From Hyphomicrobiales bacterium (lineage in GTDB: Bacteria > Pseudomonadota > Alphaproteobacteria > Rhizobiales > Aestuariivirgaceae): a DNA stretch of 53,227 nucleotides. How positions within the stretch are numbered: the stretch's first letter is position 1; the number at the start of each line of letters is the position of its first letter. The stretch spans positions 1 to 53,227 of the forward strand of contig JALUAB010000099.1 in assembly GCA_027051195.1 (NCBI GenBank), read 5' to 3'. This document shows positions 1 to 11,081 of this stretch, piece after piece. A model generated the notes under the pieces. The model was not told the DNA's origin. It did not search any database and saw nothing but the letters and a program-made list of their open reading frames with translations. Both the position numbers and the translations under genes were made by a program.

Positions 1-859
1 CCGCGTGCACCTGCGCACCCGTTTCGACCCCGCGCCGCAACCGCTGACACTCGAGGACGGACACGGACCGGTGTTGCTGTTTCCCCTGCCCTATGTGGAT
101 CCGGCCCGCGCCCGCTCCGAAACCGGCGATGCCACGTTGCAGGCCCACGCGGACGTCTTCGCGCGGCTGATGGCGCACGTGCGTGAACGCATGGCGCTGG
201 CCGGCGGCAATGCCCGCTGCGTGGTGGCGGCGCATGCCACCGTGCTGGGCGGCAGGAGCAGCGAATCCGAACGCAGCCTCGCCATCGGCGGCGCCGAGCA
301 GGTGCCACCCGCCACCTTCGACGGCGCGCATTACGTGGCGCTGGGCCATTTGCACCGGCCGCAGCGCGTGGGCGCGGATCACGTCCGTTATGCCGGCTCG
401 CTGCTGAAATACTCCTTCTCCGAGGCGACGCACGAAAAGTCCGTTTCGCTGGTGGAGCTGGATGCCGCCGGATGCTGCGCGTTGGAGGAAATCGCGCTCG
501 CTCCCCGCCGCGACCTGCGGCGCGTCTCCGGTACGCTGGAAGAGGTGCTGGCGGCCGCCGTCTGCGATGCCGCCCGCGAGGATTTTCTGCAGGTGGAACT
601 GACCGACACGCTGCCCGTGTTCAACGCCATGGAAAAGCTGCGCGCGGTGTATCCAAACGTGCTTTCCGTCTCGCGGCCGGAACTCGAACGCTCGGTCGGG
701 GAATCCGCGGCGAAGGCGCGCGAGGCGGCGCGCATATCGCCGCTGGAGCTGTTCGCCGCCTTCCACCGCGAAATGACCGGCGAGGATCTGACGCAGGAAG
801 GCCGCGCCCTGCTGACGGAGATCCTGGCCGACATCGCCCGCCGGCAACGGGAGGCCTGA
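1..859 (+). CDS. sbcD: Exonuclease SbcCD subunit D (5'-truncated by window edge)
   Basis: SESER, YVALGHLH and RYAGSLLKYSFSE motifs of the SbcD/Mre11 phosphoesterase; immediately upstream of sbcC. Confidence 0.92.
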   Translation, partial: RVHLRTRFDPAPQPLTLEDGHGPVLLFPLPYVDPARARSETGDATLQAHADVFARLMAHVRERMALAGGNARCVVAAHATVLGGRSSESERSLAIGGAEQVPPATFDGAHYVALGHLHRPQRVGADHVRYAGSLLKYSFSEATHEKSVSLVELDAAGCCALEEIALAPRRDLRRVSGTLEEVLAAAVCDAAREDFLQVELTDTLPVFNAMEKLRAVYPNVLSVSRPELERSVGESAAKAREAARISPLELFAAFHREMTGEDLTQEGRALLTEILADIARRQREA

Positions 860-862
860 GCC

Positions 863-3640
863 ATGCGGCCGCTCAAGCTCGTCTTGCGGGCATTCGGCCC
901 CTACCCCGGCGAGGAGGAGGTGGACTTCACCGTCTTCGAACGCGCGCCGCTGTTCCTCATCCACGGCGATACCGGCGCCGGCAAGAGCATGCTGCTGGAC
1001 GCCATCTGCTTCGCGCTTTACGGCAAGGCCTCCGGCCCGGAACGCGAGGCGGCGCAACTGCGCAGCCAGCAGGCGAAAGACGACATGCTCACGGAAGTGC
1101 GGCTGGACTTCCGCCTGGGCGACGCCCATTACCGCATCATCCGCCGCCCCGCCCAGCGCCGTCGCAAGAAGCGTGGCGACGGCCACACCACGGAAGAAGC
1201 CCGCGCCGAGCTGTGGCACCGCGTTCCCGACCTTCCGGAAGAGGACGACGGCACGTTGATGGAAAGCGGCGTGGCCGCGGTAAACACCCGGGTGGAGGAG
1301 CTGCTGGGGCTGACCGCGGATCAGTTCCGGCAGGTGATCGTGCTGCCGCAGGGCCGGTTCCGCGACCTGCTCACCGCCGGGTCGGCGCAGCGGCAGGAGA
1401 TCCTTCAGCGGTTGTTCGACACGGAAATCCACGCCCGGCTGGAAGCGGCGCTGAAGGAACGCGCCCACGAAGGCCGCCAGCGGCTGGAACGGCTGAAGGC
1501 GCGTCGCGCCACCCTGTTGCAGGGCCACGGACTGGAGGATGTCGGCGATGATGAGGCCGCGCGGGTGGCCCTGCGGGAAACGCTCTCCAATATTGATATG
1601 GAAATTGAAAAAGTCGAGGCCGATACATCAAGTGGCGAGGAAATTCTGAAATACACATCCGACCTACTGCAAGCCCGGGAGACGGAGGAGAAACAAGCCG
1701 CCGTGTTCCTGCTGGCGCAGCGGGCACTGCAAGAGGCGGTAGCGGCCGCGCAGCGGGCCGAGGCCGCACTGGCCAAAGCGCGCCAGGCGGCGGAAGGGAT
1801 CCACCCCCTGACGGTGGAGGAGCAGCGACTGGAACAGGCATGGAAGGACGCCACCGCGCTTGCCGCGCAGGCGGAGAAGGTACAGGAGCGGGAACGCGCC
1901 CTCGCCGCCGCCCGCCAGGCGGAGGAGGAGAGCGCGGCCGAGGAGGAAAGGCTGGCCGCGCAACTGCGAACGGCGGAAGAGCGCCTGAAAGCGGCGCGGG
2001 AACAGGCCGGCGCGGAACGGGCGCTGGCGCTGGAGATGCAACAGCTGCGGAAAGCGCTGGAGCAGCGCATGCGGCTGGCCGATGCCGGACGGGCGCTCTC
2101 TCAGGCGCGGAAAACCCTGAAGGAACGCATGGCGGAACGGGAACGCACCGAGCGCGCCGTGCAGGAAGCCGAGGCCGCGCTGAATGCCCTGAACGCACAG
2201 CTGCGCCATGCGCATGCGGTGATGCTGGCGCGCACGCTGACGCCCGGCCGCCCCTGCCCCGTCTGCGGCAGCACGGAGCACCCCGCCCTTGCCGGCGCGC
2301 AGCCGGCGGATGCACCGGACGAGGCGGAGGTAACGGCGGCCGAGGACGCTCTGGCGCGCGCCCGCGCGGCGCTGGAAGCGGCGCGAACGGTGGAAGCGAC
2401 GGCGGCACGGGAAGTTTCCGCCGCCGAAGCACGGCTGCAAGCCCTGAACCAGGATCTGATCCTTCCCGAACGCACACCGGAGGAACTGACCGAAGCGGCC
2501 CACAAGGCCGGGGTGGCACTGGAACAAGCGCGCGCGGCCGTTAGGGAAGCGACGGAACTGGAGAAGGGCATCGATGCGCTGAAGACGCGGGAGAAGGAGC
2601 TGAAGCAACTATTGCAGGAGCGGCGCGAAGCGGTCATTTCGGCGGAACGGAGGCTTTCCGAGGCGCAGGCAGTGCTGGATGACCTGCGGCTGCGCGTGCC
2701 GGAAAACATGTGTGCACCGGAAGCCATCGAGAAACGCCTGCGGGAGGTGCGCGACCGGCGCGCGGCGCTGGAACGGGCACTGCGGCAAGCGGAGGAACGC
2801 TGGAAAAAGGCCGCCGGTGAGCAGGCCGCGGCGCAGGCGCGCCTGCACGATGCCGAAAGGTCGAAGGCCGAAGCCGTGGCGGCGTCTGAAAAGGCGCTGA
2901 AACGCTGTCTGGAAGCCGGGCTGCCGGAAGCGGACACCACGCCGGAACACCTGCGCCAGCGGCGAGAGGAACTGAAGGCCGCGCTCGAGGAATTGCACAA
3001 GACACGCGGCCGGTTGGCCGAACGCCGCAAGGTCCTTGAGAACACGCTGGCGGCCCTCGCCGCACTGGCGGAGGAGCGCGCGGCGCTGGAGCGCGAACAC
3101 GCGCTGGTGCACGGGCTGGCGGCGCTGGCCGGCGGCGAGAATGCGGCGCGGCTCACCCTGCAACGCTACGTGCTGGCCGCTCTGCTGGACGAGGTGCTGG
3201 CCGCCGCCAATCACCGCCTGCGGCTGATGACGCAAGGGCGCTACGAGCTGCGCCGCCGCGCCGTGCCCGGCGATTTGCGTCGCGCCGGCGGGCTGGATCT
3301 GGACGTGCTGGACGCCTGGAGCGGAGAGACGCGCCCGGCGCAGACGCTTTCCGGCGGCGAGAGCTTTCTCGCCGCGCTGTCGCTGGCGCTGGGGCTGGCG
3401 GACGTGGTGCAGGCCGGCGCCGGCGGCGTGCACGTGGAAACGCTGTTCATCGACGAAGGATTCGGCAGCCTCGATGCGGAGGCCCTGGATCACGCCATCG
3501 AGGCCCTCCTGCACCTGCGCGCGAAGGGCCGGCTCATCGGCATCATCTCGCACGTGGTGGAACTGCGCGAGCGCATCCCGGCACGACTGCACGTGCGCAA
3601 GGGCCGCACCGGCAGCTGTCTGCGGACGGTTACCGGATGA
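863..3640 (+). CDS. sbcC: Exonuclease SbcCD subunit C (SMC/Rad50-like ATPase)
   Basis: Walker A GDTGAGKS, LPQG Q-loop, long coiled coils, CPVC zinc hook, LSGGE signature, Walker B FIDEGFGSLD. Confidence 0.95.
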   Translation: MRPLKLVLRAFGPYPGEEEVDFTVFERAPLFLIHGDTGAGKSMLLDAICFALYGKASGPEREAAQLRSQQAKDDMLTEVRLDFRLGDAHYRIIRRPAQRRRKKRGDGHTTEEARAELWHRVPDLPEEDDGTLMESGVAAVNTRVEELLGLTADQFRQVIVLPQGRFRDLLTAGSAQRQEILQRLFDTEIHARLEAALKERAHEGRQRLERLKARRATLLQGHGLEDVGDDEAARVALRETLSNIDMEIEKVEADTSSGEEILKYTSDLLQARETEEKQAAVFLLAQRALQEAVAAAQRAEAALAKARQAAEGIHPLTVEEQRLEQAWKDATALAAQAEKVQERERALAAARQAEEESAAEEERLAAQLRTAEERLKAAREQAGAERALALEMQQLRKALEQRMRLADAGRALSQARKTLKERMAERERTERAVQEAEAALNALNAQLRHAHAVMLARTLTPGRPCPVCGSTEHPALAGAQPADAPDEAEVTAAEDALARARAALEAARTVEATAAREVSAAEARLQALNQDLILPERTPEELTEAAHKAGVALEQARAAVREATELEKGIDALKTREKELKQLLQERREAVISAERRLSEAQAVLDDLRLRVPENMCAPEAIEKRLREVRDRRAALERALRQAEERWKKAAGEQAAAQARLHDAERSKAEAVAASEKALKRCLEAGLPEADTTPEHLRQRREELKAALEELHKTRGRLAERRKVLENTLAALAALAEERAALEREHALVHGLAALAGGENAARLTLQRYVLAALLDEVLAAANHRLRLMTQGRYELRRRAVPGDLRRAGGLDLDVLDAWSGETRPAQTLSGGESFLAALSLALGLADVVQAGAGGVHVETLFIDEGFGSLDAEALDHAIEALLHLRAKGRLIGIISHVVELRERIPARLHVRKGRTGSCLRTVTG

Positions 3641-3688
3641 AGCTGCACACGTTGACCGCCACCCGGAAACGTGTCATGCGCCGCCCTC

Positions 3689-4459
3689 ATGGACCACGCC
3701 ACGCTCATGCACCTGTTGATGTTTCTCGCCGGCATCGCCGCCGGTTTCATCGACTCCATCGCCGGCGGCGGCGGGCTCATCGCCCTGCCCACGCTGCTGG
3801 CCGCCGGCGTACCGCCGCACCAGGCGCTGGCCACCAACAAATTGCAGGCCAGCTTCGGCACCTTCACCGCGGCGCTCAACTACGCCCGCATCGGACTCAT
3901 GCCCACCGGACACCTCCTGCTGGGCGTCGCCGCCACCGCTGCGGGCGCGCTTTCCGGCGCGCTTCTGGTGCGCCACCTGGCGGCGGATTTCCTGCGCCCG
4001 CTCATCATCGTGATGCTGGCGCTGATGTTTCTCTACATGCTGCTGGCACCGCGTACCCGCCTGAACGAAAGCGGGCCGCGCCTGCCGCAGGCCGCCTTCT
4101 ACCCGCTGGCCGGACTGGCGCTGGGGTTCTACGACGGCTTCTTCGGTCCCGGCACCGGCAGCTTCTGGATCATGGCGCTGCTGGCGCTTGCGGGCTTCGG
4201 CCTCAAGCATGCGACCGCACAGGCGAAGGTGTTCAATTTCACCTCCAACGTCGCCGCGTTCGCCCTGTTCGCCGCCTCCGGGCTGGTGGTGTGGTCCTAC
4301 GGTCTGCTCATGGGCGCGGGCCAGGTCATCGGCGCGTTGGCCGGCTCCACGCTGGTCGAACGGCGGCATGCGCGCTTCATCCGCCTGTTCTTCCTGCTGG
4401 CGGTGGGCGCCACCATCCTGCGGCTGCTGTGGTCGGAACTGCAATCGGTCCTGCCCTGA
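3689..4459 (+). CDS. TauE/SafE (TSUP) family membrane transporter, YfcA-like
   Basis: AGFIDSIAGGGGLI, ATNK and GFYDGFFGPGTGSF motifs; multiple TM helices; ATG at 3689 chosen within ORF 3671..4459. Confidence 0.88.
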   Translation: MDHATLMHLLMFLAGIAAGFIDSIAGGGGLIALPTLLAAGVPPHQALATNKLQASFGTFTAALNYARIGLMPTGHLLLGVAATAAGALSGALLVRHLAADFLRPLIIVMLALMFLYMLLAPRTRLNESGPRLPQAAFYPLAGLALGFYDGFFGPGTGSFWIMALLALAGFGLKHATAQAKVFNFTSNVAAFALFAASGLVVWSYGLLMGAGQVIGALAGSTLVERRHARFIRLFFLLAVGATILRLLWSELQSVLP

Positions 4460-4526
4460 CAGGGCATTCGGGAAATCTCCCCGGCGCCATGGCTCCCGCC
4501 CACCCACGCTCCGGACCGGGGGTGAC

Positions 4527-5018
4527 TCATCCCTTCATGCGCAGCAGGCGCGCTTTCTGGCGCTCCCAGTCGCGGCGCTTCACCGCCTCGCGCTTGTCAT
4601 GCTTCTTGCGTCCCTTCGCCAGGCCAATGAGCAGTTTCACCAGCCCCTTGCCGTTGAAATACATCTTCAGCGGCACGATGGTCATGCCCTTGCGCTGCAC
4701 CTCGTCGGCAAGCCGCTTGATCTCGCGCTTGTGCATCAACAGCTTGCGCTTGCGCCGGGGCTCGTGGTTGTTGATGTTGCCGAAGCGGTATTCCGGAATG
4801 TCCGCGTTGATCAGCCACAGCTCGCCTCCCTCCGGCGAGACGTAGGCCTCGGCGATGTTGGCCCTGCCCTCGCGCAGGCTCTTCACCTCCGTGCCCACGA
4901 GCGCAAGACCGGCCTCGAAAGTCTCGAGAATGTCGTATTCGTGCCGCGCGCGACGGTTTTCAGCCACCACCTTGCCGCCATCGTCGGTCTTGCGCGCACC
5001 GCCCTTCCTGGAAGACAT
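4527..5018 (-). CDS. smpB: SsrA-binding protein
   Basis: [40 protein letters not shown]. Confidence 0.97.
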   Translation of the reverse strand: MSSRKGGARKTDDGGKVVAENRRARHEYDILETFEAGLALVGTEVKSLREGRANIAEAYVSPEGGELWLINADIPEYRFGNINNHEPRRKRKLLMHKREIKRLADEVQRKGMTIVPLKMYFNGKGLVKLLIGLAKGRKKHDKREAVKRRDWERQKARLLRMKG

Positions 5019-5117
5019 GGCCCGTTCCCCGTCCGCCGTTTCGCCGTTCCGCGCTCCCGTCCGATCTTTCGCCCCATCATGTCACAAGGTTGAGCGGAAA
5101 TGCGGCGCGGCGGGTGG

Positions 5118-6014
5118 TCAATCCAGAATCCCCGCATGCCGCATGGCCGCCTTCACCGCCTTTTTCGACGAATCGGCGATTTCCACCATCGGCAGCCGCG
5201 CGAACGGAGTGCACAACCCCAGCAGCGAGCAGGCATATTTCACCGGCCCCGGTGAGGTTTCCACGAACAGCGCCTTGTGCAGCGGCATCAGCCTGTCCTG
5301 CAGTTCCAGCGCCCTGGCGTAATCCCCTTTCAGCGTCGCTTCCTGGAATTCCGCGCACAGCCCCGGCGCCACATTGGCGGTGACGGAAATGCAGCCCCGC
5401 CCACCATGCGCGTTGAAGCCCAGCGCCGTGCCGTCCTCGCCGGAAAGCTGGATGAAATCCGCCCCCGCCGAAAGCCGCAGGAGCGACGGCCGGTTGAGAT
5501 CGCCCGTGGCGTCCTTGATGCCGACGATATTGGGCACATCGTTCGCCAGCCTGGTGATGGTGTCGTTGGAAATGTCCGCCACCGTGCGCCCGGGCACGTT
5601 GTATATGAGAATGGGCAGCGCCGGCGCAGCCTCCGCCACCGCGCGGAAATGGGCGTACAACCCTGCCTGCGTCGGCTTGTTGTAATAGGGAACGACCACC
5701 AGCGCCGCGTCCGCCCCGGCCTCCGCCGCATGCCGCGTGAGCGCGATGGCCTCGGCCGTGGAGTTGGAGCCGGTGCCGGCTATCACCGGCACCCGGCCGC
5801 CCGCCTGCTCGATGACGATTTCCACCACGCGCCTGTGCTCGTCGTGATCCAGCGTCGGCGACTCGCCGGTGGTGCCCACGGCGACGATGCCATGCGTGCC
5901 CTGCTCCACGTGCCAGTCCACCATCTTCCGCAGCGCCAGCTCGTCGATGGCGCCGCCCTCCGTCATCGGCGTGATGATGGCGACGATGGAACCCTGCAAG
6001 CGGGAAATGTCCAC
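5118..6014 (-). CDS. dapA: 4-hydroxy-tetrahydrodipicolinate synthase
   Basis: GTTGES, PYYNKP, YNVPGRT, GIKDATG; GTG start at 6014 preceded by GGAGG (the ORF track extends further upstream). Confidence 0.95.
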   Translation of the reverse strand: MDISRLQGSIVAIITPMTEGGAIDELALRKMVDWHVEQGTHGIVAVGTTGESPTLDHDEHRRVVEIVIEQAGGRVPVIAGTGSNSTAEAIALTRHAAEAGADAALVVVPYYNKPTQAGLYAHFRAVAEAAPALPILIYNVPGRTVADISNDTITRLANDVPNIVGIKDATGDLNRPSLLRLSAGADFIQLSGEDGTALGFNAHGGRGCISVTANVAPGLCAEFQEATLKGDYARALELQDRLMPLHKALFVETSPGPVKYACSLLGLCTPFARLPMVEIADSSKKAVKAAMRHAGILD

Positions 6015-6271
6015 GGCCCCTGCCTCCCTGGTGATGTCGTGAAGAATTCTTGAACCTGTTGCGGCGAGCATAATCATATCGGCGTGGTGGCGGCAAGCAT
6101 CCGGGCCGCGCCTGCGGGAAAGATGCCTCTTTTCCGGCGAAATTCGGCAAAATGGTGATCGGGCATCACAGCTTTGCCTCATTCTGCCGCAACAAGTGGT
6201 GGTGTTTGTGGAATGATTCCAAAGAATGCCGCACGGTTGCCCGGCGGACGAACAATGGAACGGATTCGGAA

Positions 6272-8446
6272 ATGATTTTCCTCGGGGGCGAAAGCGGAGC
6301 AAGACCACTGGCGACGGGCCTCATCCTGATGCTGGCCGCGCTGTTCACGATCTCGGCGGGTAGTGGACCGGCAAGGGCCGCCACCTGCGCGGGCGCTCAA
6401 CTTTCAGCCAATGGCGTGCAGGCGGTGAAACTGGCGCTGCGTGGCGATCTCGGGCGCGCACTGGCCGTTGCCGGCAACGACGAGGCGGCGCGCAAGACCG
6501 CCCGCTGGCTGTGGCTGCGCGCCCATCTGCGCCGTGCCTCCGCCGCCGACCTGCTGAACTTCGCCAATGCCAACCCGCGTTGGCCGCAGGCCGGCACCTT
6601 CCGCGCCCTGGGCGAGCTCAAGCTGTTGCTCCGGGGATCACAGGCGGAGCTGGCCGCCTATTTCGCCAGGCACAAGCCGGTGAGCACCTCCGGCAGGGCG
6701 GCGCTGGCCAGGTTGCACCTCGCCCGGGGAGATGCCGGCAGGGCGCGCGCCCTGCTGAAGCAGGCGTGGCGAAATCCGCGCCTTTCCGACGCGGCGGAAT
6801 CCTACATCCTGCGCAACATGCACCAGTTGCTCTCGCGCGAGGATGACGCCGCCCGGCTATGGCGCCTCATCATGGCCCAGCGCACCCGTCACGCGGTGCA
6901 ATTCGCCCGCCGCCTGCCTGCGGCCTACCGCCAGGCGGCATCCGCCGCCCGCGCCCTGATGCGCCGCCAGCGCGGCGCGCTGAATGCCTACCGCCGCCTG
7001 CCCGCCGCCATGCGCGACACGCAGGCCCTGCGCTATGCGCTCGCGCGCTACTACCGGCGCACGGACAAGCCGCTGCGCGCCCTGCCCATCCTCAAGGCGC
7101 TGCCCGCCTCCCATGCCCGCCAGATCATGCCGGAACAATGGTGGGAGGAAAAACGCCTGCTCGCCCGCCGGCTGCTGCGCAACCGCTACCGCCGTCACTG
7201 GCGCGACGCCTATCGGCTGGCCGCCTCCCACGGTTTCAGAAAGCCCGGCAAGGCCTCCTACCGCGGCGAATTCCTGGCCGGTTTCATCGCCCTGGAAAAG
7301 CTGCATGACGCGAAAACGGCGCTGAGGCACTTCCGCCGCCTGCCGAAGCTGGCCAAGAGTCGCACCTGGAAGTCCAAGGGCTGGTATTGGGTCGGCCGCG
7401 CCCGGGAGGCGCTGGGCGACATCGGTGGCGCTCGGCGCGCCTATCGCGCCGCCGCAACCACCCCCACGGTCTATTACGGCCTGCTGGCGCGCGAGAAACT
7501 GGGGCTGGGCCGCAAGCCGCTGCCGCTGAAGATGGCCTGGCCGACGGCACGGGCCAAATGCCGGGTGGGCGCGCACGAGCTGATGCGCGCCGCCCGCATG
7601 CTGTCCGCCGCCGGTCAGAAATCCCGCGTGCGCAGCTTCGTCTGGCCGCTGGCCTATTCCTTCCACAAGGCGCCGGAGCTGGCCGCCGCCGCCTCCTGGC
7701 TGTGGGACATCTCCGGGCCGACCAACGCCGTGCGCCTGGCCAAGGCCGCAGGCAGCCGCGGCATCGACATCGACAACTACGGCTATCCCATGAAGGCCTT
7801 GCCAAAGCACCGCACGCGCGAAAACATCCTGGAACTGCCGGTGGTGCTGGCCATCACCCGGCAGGAGAGCGAGTTCGACCCACGCGCGGGCAGCCATGTG
7901 GGCGCTCAGGGCTTGATGCAGCTCATGCCTGCGACGGCCCGCATGGAAGCACGTGTCCTGGGCATTACCTACCGCCGCAGCTGGCTCACCAGCCGACCGG
8001 AATACAATCTTCTGCTGGGACGCCATCACCTGGCGCGCATCATGCAGAACTTCGACGGTTCCTACGCGCTCGCGTTTGCCGCCTACAATGCCGGCGCCGG
8101 CAACGTGCGCAAATGGCTGGCAGATTACGGCGATATGCGCACCGGCACGCCTGATCCGGTGGAGTGGGTGGAGCTCATTCCCTTCACCGAAACCCGCAAT
8201 TACGTGCAGAAGGTGTTGCAGGGAACGCACGTCTATCGCACACGGCTGAAGCGACCCATGATTCCCATCTCCCGCGACCTGTGGCGCGGCGTGCCCGGCT
8301 GGCGCGAGCTGGTGCTGCGCGGCAGCGGCCACAAGGCGGAACCGACCTCCAGTGCCCGCCGGAGAGAAACCGCCAGCCGCGCCTTTCCTGCGGGTGACTG
8401 CGCCAGCGGCGCGAAGGAGATCGGCGATCTCATCGGCAAGTGCTGA
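6272..8446 (+). CDS. Soluble lytic murein transglycosylase (Slt70-like)
   Basis: Signal peptide, helical repeat region, ITRQES catalytic Glu, [19 protein letters not shown]; divergent from dapA. Start uncertain. Confidence 0.9.
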   Translation: MIFLGGESGARPLATGLILMLAALFTISAGSGPARAATCAGAQLSANGVQAVKLALRGDLGRALAVAGNDEAARKTARWLWLRAHLRRASAADLLNFANANPRWPQAGTFRALGELKLLLRGSQAELAAYFARHKPVSTSGRAALARLHLARGDAGRARALLKQAWRNPRLSDAAESYILRNMHQLLSREDDAARLWRLIMAQRTRHAVQFARRLPAAYRQAASAARALMRRQRGALNAYRRLPAAMRDTQALRYALARYYRRTDKPLRALPILKALPASHARQIMPEQWWEEKRLLARRLLRNRYRRHWRDAYRLAASHGFRKPGKASYRGEFLAGFIALEKLHDAKTALRHFRRLPKLAKSRTWKSKGWYWVGRAREALGDIGGARRAYRAAATTPTVYYGLLAREKLGLGRKPLPLKMAWPTARAKCRVGAHELMRAARMLSAAGQKSRVRSFVWPLAYSFHKAPELAAAASWLWDISGPTNAVRLAKAAGSRGIDIDNYGYPMKALPKHRTRENILELPVVLAITRQESEFDPRAGSHVGAQGLMQLMPATARMEARVLGITYRRSWLTSRPEYNLLLGRHHLARIMQNFDGSYALAFAAYNAGAGNVRKWLADYGDMRTGTPDPVEWVELIPFTETRNYVQKVLQGTHVYRTRLKRPMIPISRDLWRGVPGWRELVLRGSGHKAEPTSSARRRETASRAFPAGDCASGAKEIGDLIGKC

Positions 8447-8464
8447 TGGCCGCCGGTGGAGCCT

Positions 8465-9133
8465 TCAGGCCGGCTGACGCTCATTGCCGAACAACGGCAG
8501 CACCTCCGCCACGCGGCCATCTCCTCGCGCGGCCGCTTCTCCGGCATCCACATGCAAGGTGCGCAGACCGGTAAGGCGTGCCGTTTCGAGACAGGCGGGC
8601 ACCACGAGCTCGGGATCGAAGCGAGGCATGAACACCAGCAACGCCACCGTCGTGCCGCGGGCGGCATCCAGCAGCGGCAGAGCCAGCATCTCCATGCCAT
8701 CCACTTCCAGTGGATTCTCCATATGCACCTGCAGGCGGGCAAGAAAAGCCTGCTGATGCCCCAGCGTCTGCGCCAGCATCCGCTTCAGCGTCGCCTGTTC
8801 GAAGCGCTGCCAGTCGTGAAAGACTTCCTCGCCGCTGATTTCCCGACCTGAAAGGCGGCACAACAGGCTGCCTGCCAGACGCCAGCGCAGCGGCGTGTCC
8901 ACCCCCGGCGCCTCGCTGCTCCGCCCGTGTTCCACGATGCCGGCGAAGGCCATCAGCCGCCCCAGCAGGCGCGGCGCAAAATCGGTTACTTTCGGCATGC
9001 GGCCGGCCAGCAGGAAGCGCCGCCAGGCGACATACAGCCGGGCCAGTTCCTCGTGCTCGAAGGCATCCGCCTCCGGCACCCTCAGAGGCAGTTCCACCAC
9101 CTTGCCGTCTAGCCTGTCATGCATCACGTCCAT
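8465..9133 (-). CDS. Stand-alone PAS-domain protein (PAS_5-like)
   Basis: LYxAW...P...DFxP, RWRLAGS, EMLALPL pattern typical of alphaproteobacterial PAS_5 proteins. Confidence 0.65.
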   Translation of the reverse strand: MDVMHDRLDGKVVELPLRVPEADAFEHEELARLYVAWRRFLLAGRMPKVTDFAPRLLGRLMAFAGIVEHGRSSEAPGVDTPLRWRLAGSLLCRLSGREISGEEVFHDWQRFEQATLKRMLAQTLGHQQAFLARLQVHMENPLEVDGMEMLALPLLDAARGTTVALLVFMPRFDPELVVPACLETARLTGLRTLHVDAGEAAARGDGRVAEVLPLFGNERQPA

Positions 9134-9277
9134 TCCCGTGCTCCGGATTGTGCCGATGTGGCACGTGTAGAGGCAACCCGTCCTGCACGCAGCATGATTC
9201 ATGCCAGCTGAAGGAAAGCTGACGGGAAAGGCAAAAGACATCGGACTGCAGACCGGCAATGTGGCCGTGGCGCCGGA

Positions 9278-9673
9278 TCAGCGGCAGCGCACCAGCATTT
9301 CCCAGCGTCCGCGCACAGCCCGCATCAGGGTCACTCTGGCACGCTGACTGCTTTTGCAGTTGAAATGCCGTATGGCCGCTCCGGCCACTTCCCGCATGAT
9401 GCGCTCGTCTTCTTTCGTCGAGCCCAGCCGGCGCCCCGGAGATGAAATGCGCACCACGAAACTTCCCGGTACCGTCCGCCGCCAGGCGACATCGTAGCGT
9501 TTGCCGTTGAAAACGACAGGCTCCGTCCGCCAGCCGACCTTCGCGCGAAACTCGGCGGGATCAGGTGCTTTCAGCACAAGGGGCGGGGCGTCCGCCCGCT
9601 TCTCACATCCGGCCAATGCCATTGCCGCGACTGTCAGCATGACATAAGAATATCGGCATATGATCCTGCGCAT
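9278..9673 (-). CDS. Hypothetical lipoprotein
   Basis: Basic N-terminus, hydrophobic stretch and LAGC lipobox; fills the gap between neighbours. Confidence 0.6.
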   Translation of the reverse strand: MRRIICRYSYVMLTVAAMALAGCEKRADAPPLVLKAPDPAEFRAKVGWRTEPVVFNGKRYDVAWRRTVPGSFVVRISSPGRRLGSTKEDERIMREVAGAAIRHFNCKSSQRARVTLMRAVRGRWEMLVRCR

Positions 9674-9753
9674 TTTCATTTCCCGGTCTTTTCCGGTCCG
9701 CTCTCGCGCTCAGGCATAGAGCCGTCACGGATACAAGACAAGGAGCAATCCGC

Positions 9754-10977
9754 ATGAGTGATTTTGATCCATCGGCGCACCTTTCCGAACGCCTGCGCTG
9801 CATGGAGGAATCGGCCATACTGCGTATGTCGCGGCTCACCCGCGAACTGCGCGCGCGAGGGCGGGACATCGTGTCCCTCACGCTGGGCGAGCCGGATTTC
9901 GACACGCCGGAAGTGATTCGCAAGGCCGCCTGCGCTGCGCTGGAGGCCGGTTACACGCACTATCCCCCCCTGCCCGGCTTTCCGGAGGTGCGCGCCGCCA
10001 TTGCCGAAAAGCTGCGCGAGGAAAACGGGCTTGATTACGGCGCGCAAGGCGTGCTGGTGACCACCGGCGCCAAGCAGGCGCTGGCCAATGCGGTGCTGGC
10101 GCTGGTGGATCCCGGCGACGAGGTGATCCTGCCCGCGCCCTACTGGGTATCCTACGAGATCCTGGTGAAACTGGCCGGTGGCGTGCCCGTCGTCGTCGAA
10201 GCCTATGCGGAACATGGCTTCGGCCTGAATGTGGAACGCATCGCCCGCGCGGTAACGGAGCGCACGAAACTCGTGATGATCAACACCCCCTGCAACCCAT
10301 CCGGCGCCGTGTTCACTCGCGAGATGCTGGAAGGGCTGGCGGATATCGTGCGGGCGCATCCGCGCATGATGGTGCTTTCCGACGAGATCTACGAATACAT
10401 CCTGTTCGAGAACGCGCGGCACGTTTCCATCGGCGCCCTTCCCGGCATGCTGGCGCGCACCGTTACCGTGAACGGCTTCTCCAAGAGCCATGCCATGACC
10501 GGCTGGCGGCTGGGCTACGCGGCGGCTGATCCTGCCGTCATTTCCGCCATGGCGAAGATGCAGGGCGCCATTACCTCAGGCGTGAATGCCTTCTCGCAGC
10601 GCGCCGCCATCACCGCGCTCGCGAAGGCGAGGCCGGAAGCCGACCGCATGGCGGCGGACTATGCCCGGCGCCGCACACTGATGGCGGAGCTGCTGGCCGG
10701 CATGCCCGGCATGCGCCTGCACCTGCCCGCGGGCACTTTTTACATGCTGCCGGATTTTTCGGACTTGCTGGCGCGCCTCCCGCAAGGAATGCCCAGGGAC
10801 GACGTGGCGCTCGCCGAATGGCTGCTTGTGGAACACGGCGTTTCCACCGTGCCGGGCTCGGCCTTCGGCGCGCCAGACACGCTCAGGCTATCGTTCTCGG
10901 TTTCGGATGCGGACATCCGCGAAGGCGTGGCGCGGCTGCGCGCCGGCATGGAGGCGCTGGCGGCGCGGTCCGGGTGA
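9754..10977 (+). CDS. PLP-dependent aminotransferase class I (aspartate aminotransferase-like)
   Basis: LGEPDFDTP, NPSG, SDEIYE, GFSKSHAMTGWRLG; AGGAG RBS. Confidence 0.93.
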   Translation: MSDFDPSAHLSERLRCMEESAILRMSRLTRELRARGRDIVSLTLGEPDFDTPEVIRKAACAALEAGYTHYPPLPGFPEVRAAIAEKLREENGLDYGAQGVLVTTGAKQALANAVLALVDPGDEVILPAPYWVSYEILVKLAGGVPVVVEAYAEHGFGLNVERIARAVTERTKLVMINTPCNPSGAVFTREMLEGLADIVRAHPRMMVLSDEIYEYILFENARHVSIGALPGMLARTVTVNGFSKSHAMTGWRLGYAAADPAVISAMAKMQGAITSGVNAFSQRAAITALAKARPEADRMAADYARRRTLMAELLAGMPGMRLHLPAGTFYMLPDFSDLLARLPQGMPRDDVALAEWLLVEHGVSTVPGSAFGAPDTLRLSFSVSDADIREGVARLRAGMEALAARSG

Positions 10978-11081
10978 GCGTCACACGGCCTGCAAGCGCC
11001 TCCACCGCCAGGGACAGGCGCGGAAATCGAGCGCGCGGCGCAATCCCTCACACGCCTCTGTCTGCCGCACTCCCGAGGCAA

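Noticed and set aside
1-3640. SbcCD as a novel SMC-type defence system
   Set aside because: Canonical SbcD+SbcC motifs and size, and no accessory effector genes downstream (upstream is outside the window)
10949-11004. Inverted repeat across the aminotransferase stop codon
   Set aside because: Probably an ordinary 3' hairpin; no U tract or second copy to support more
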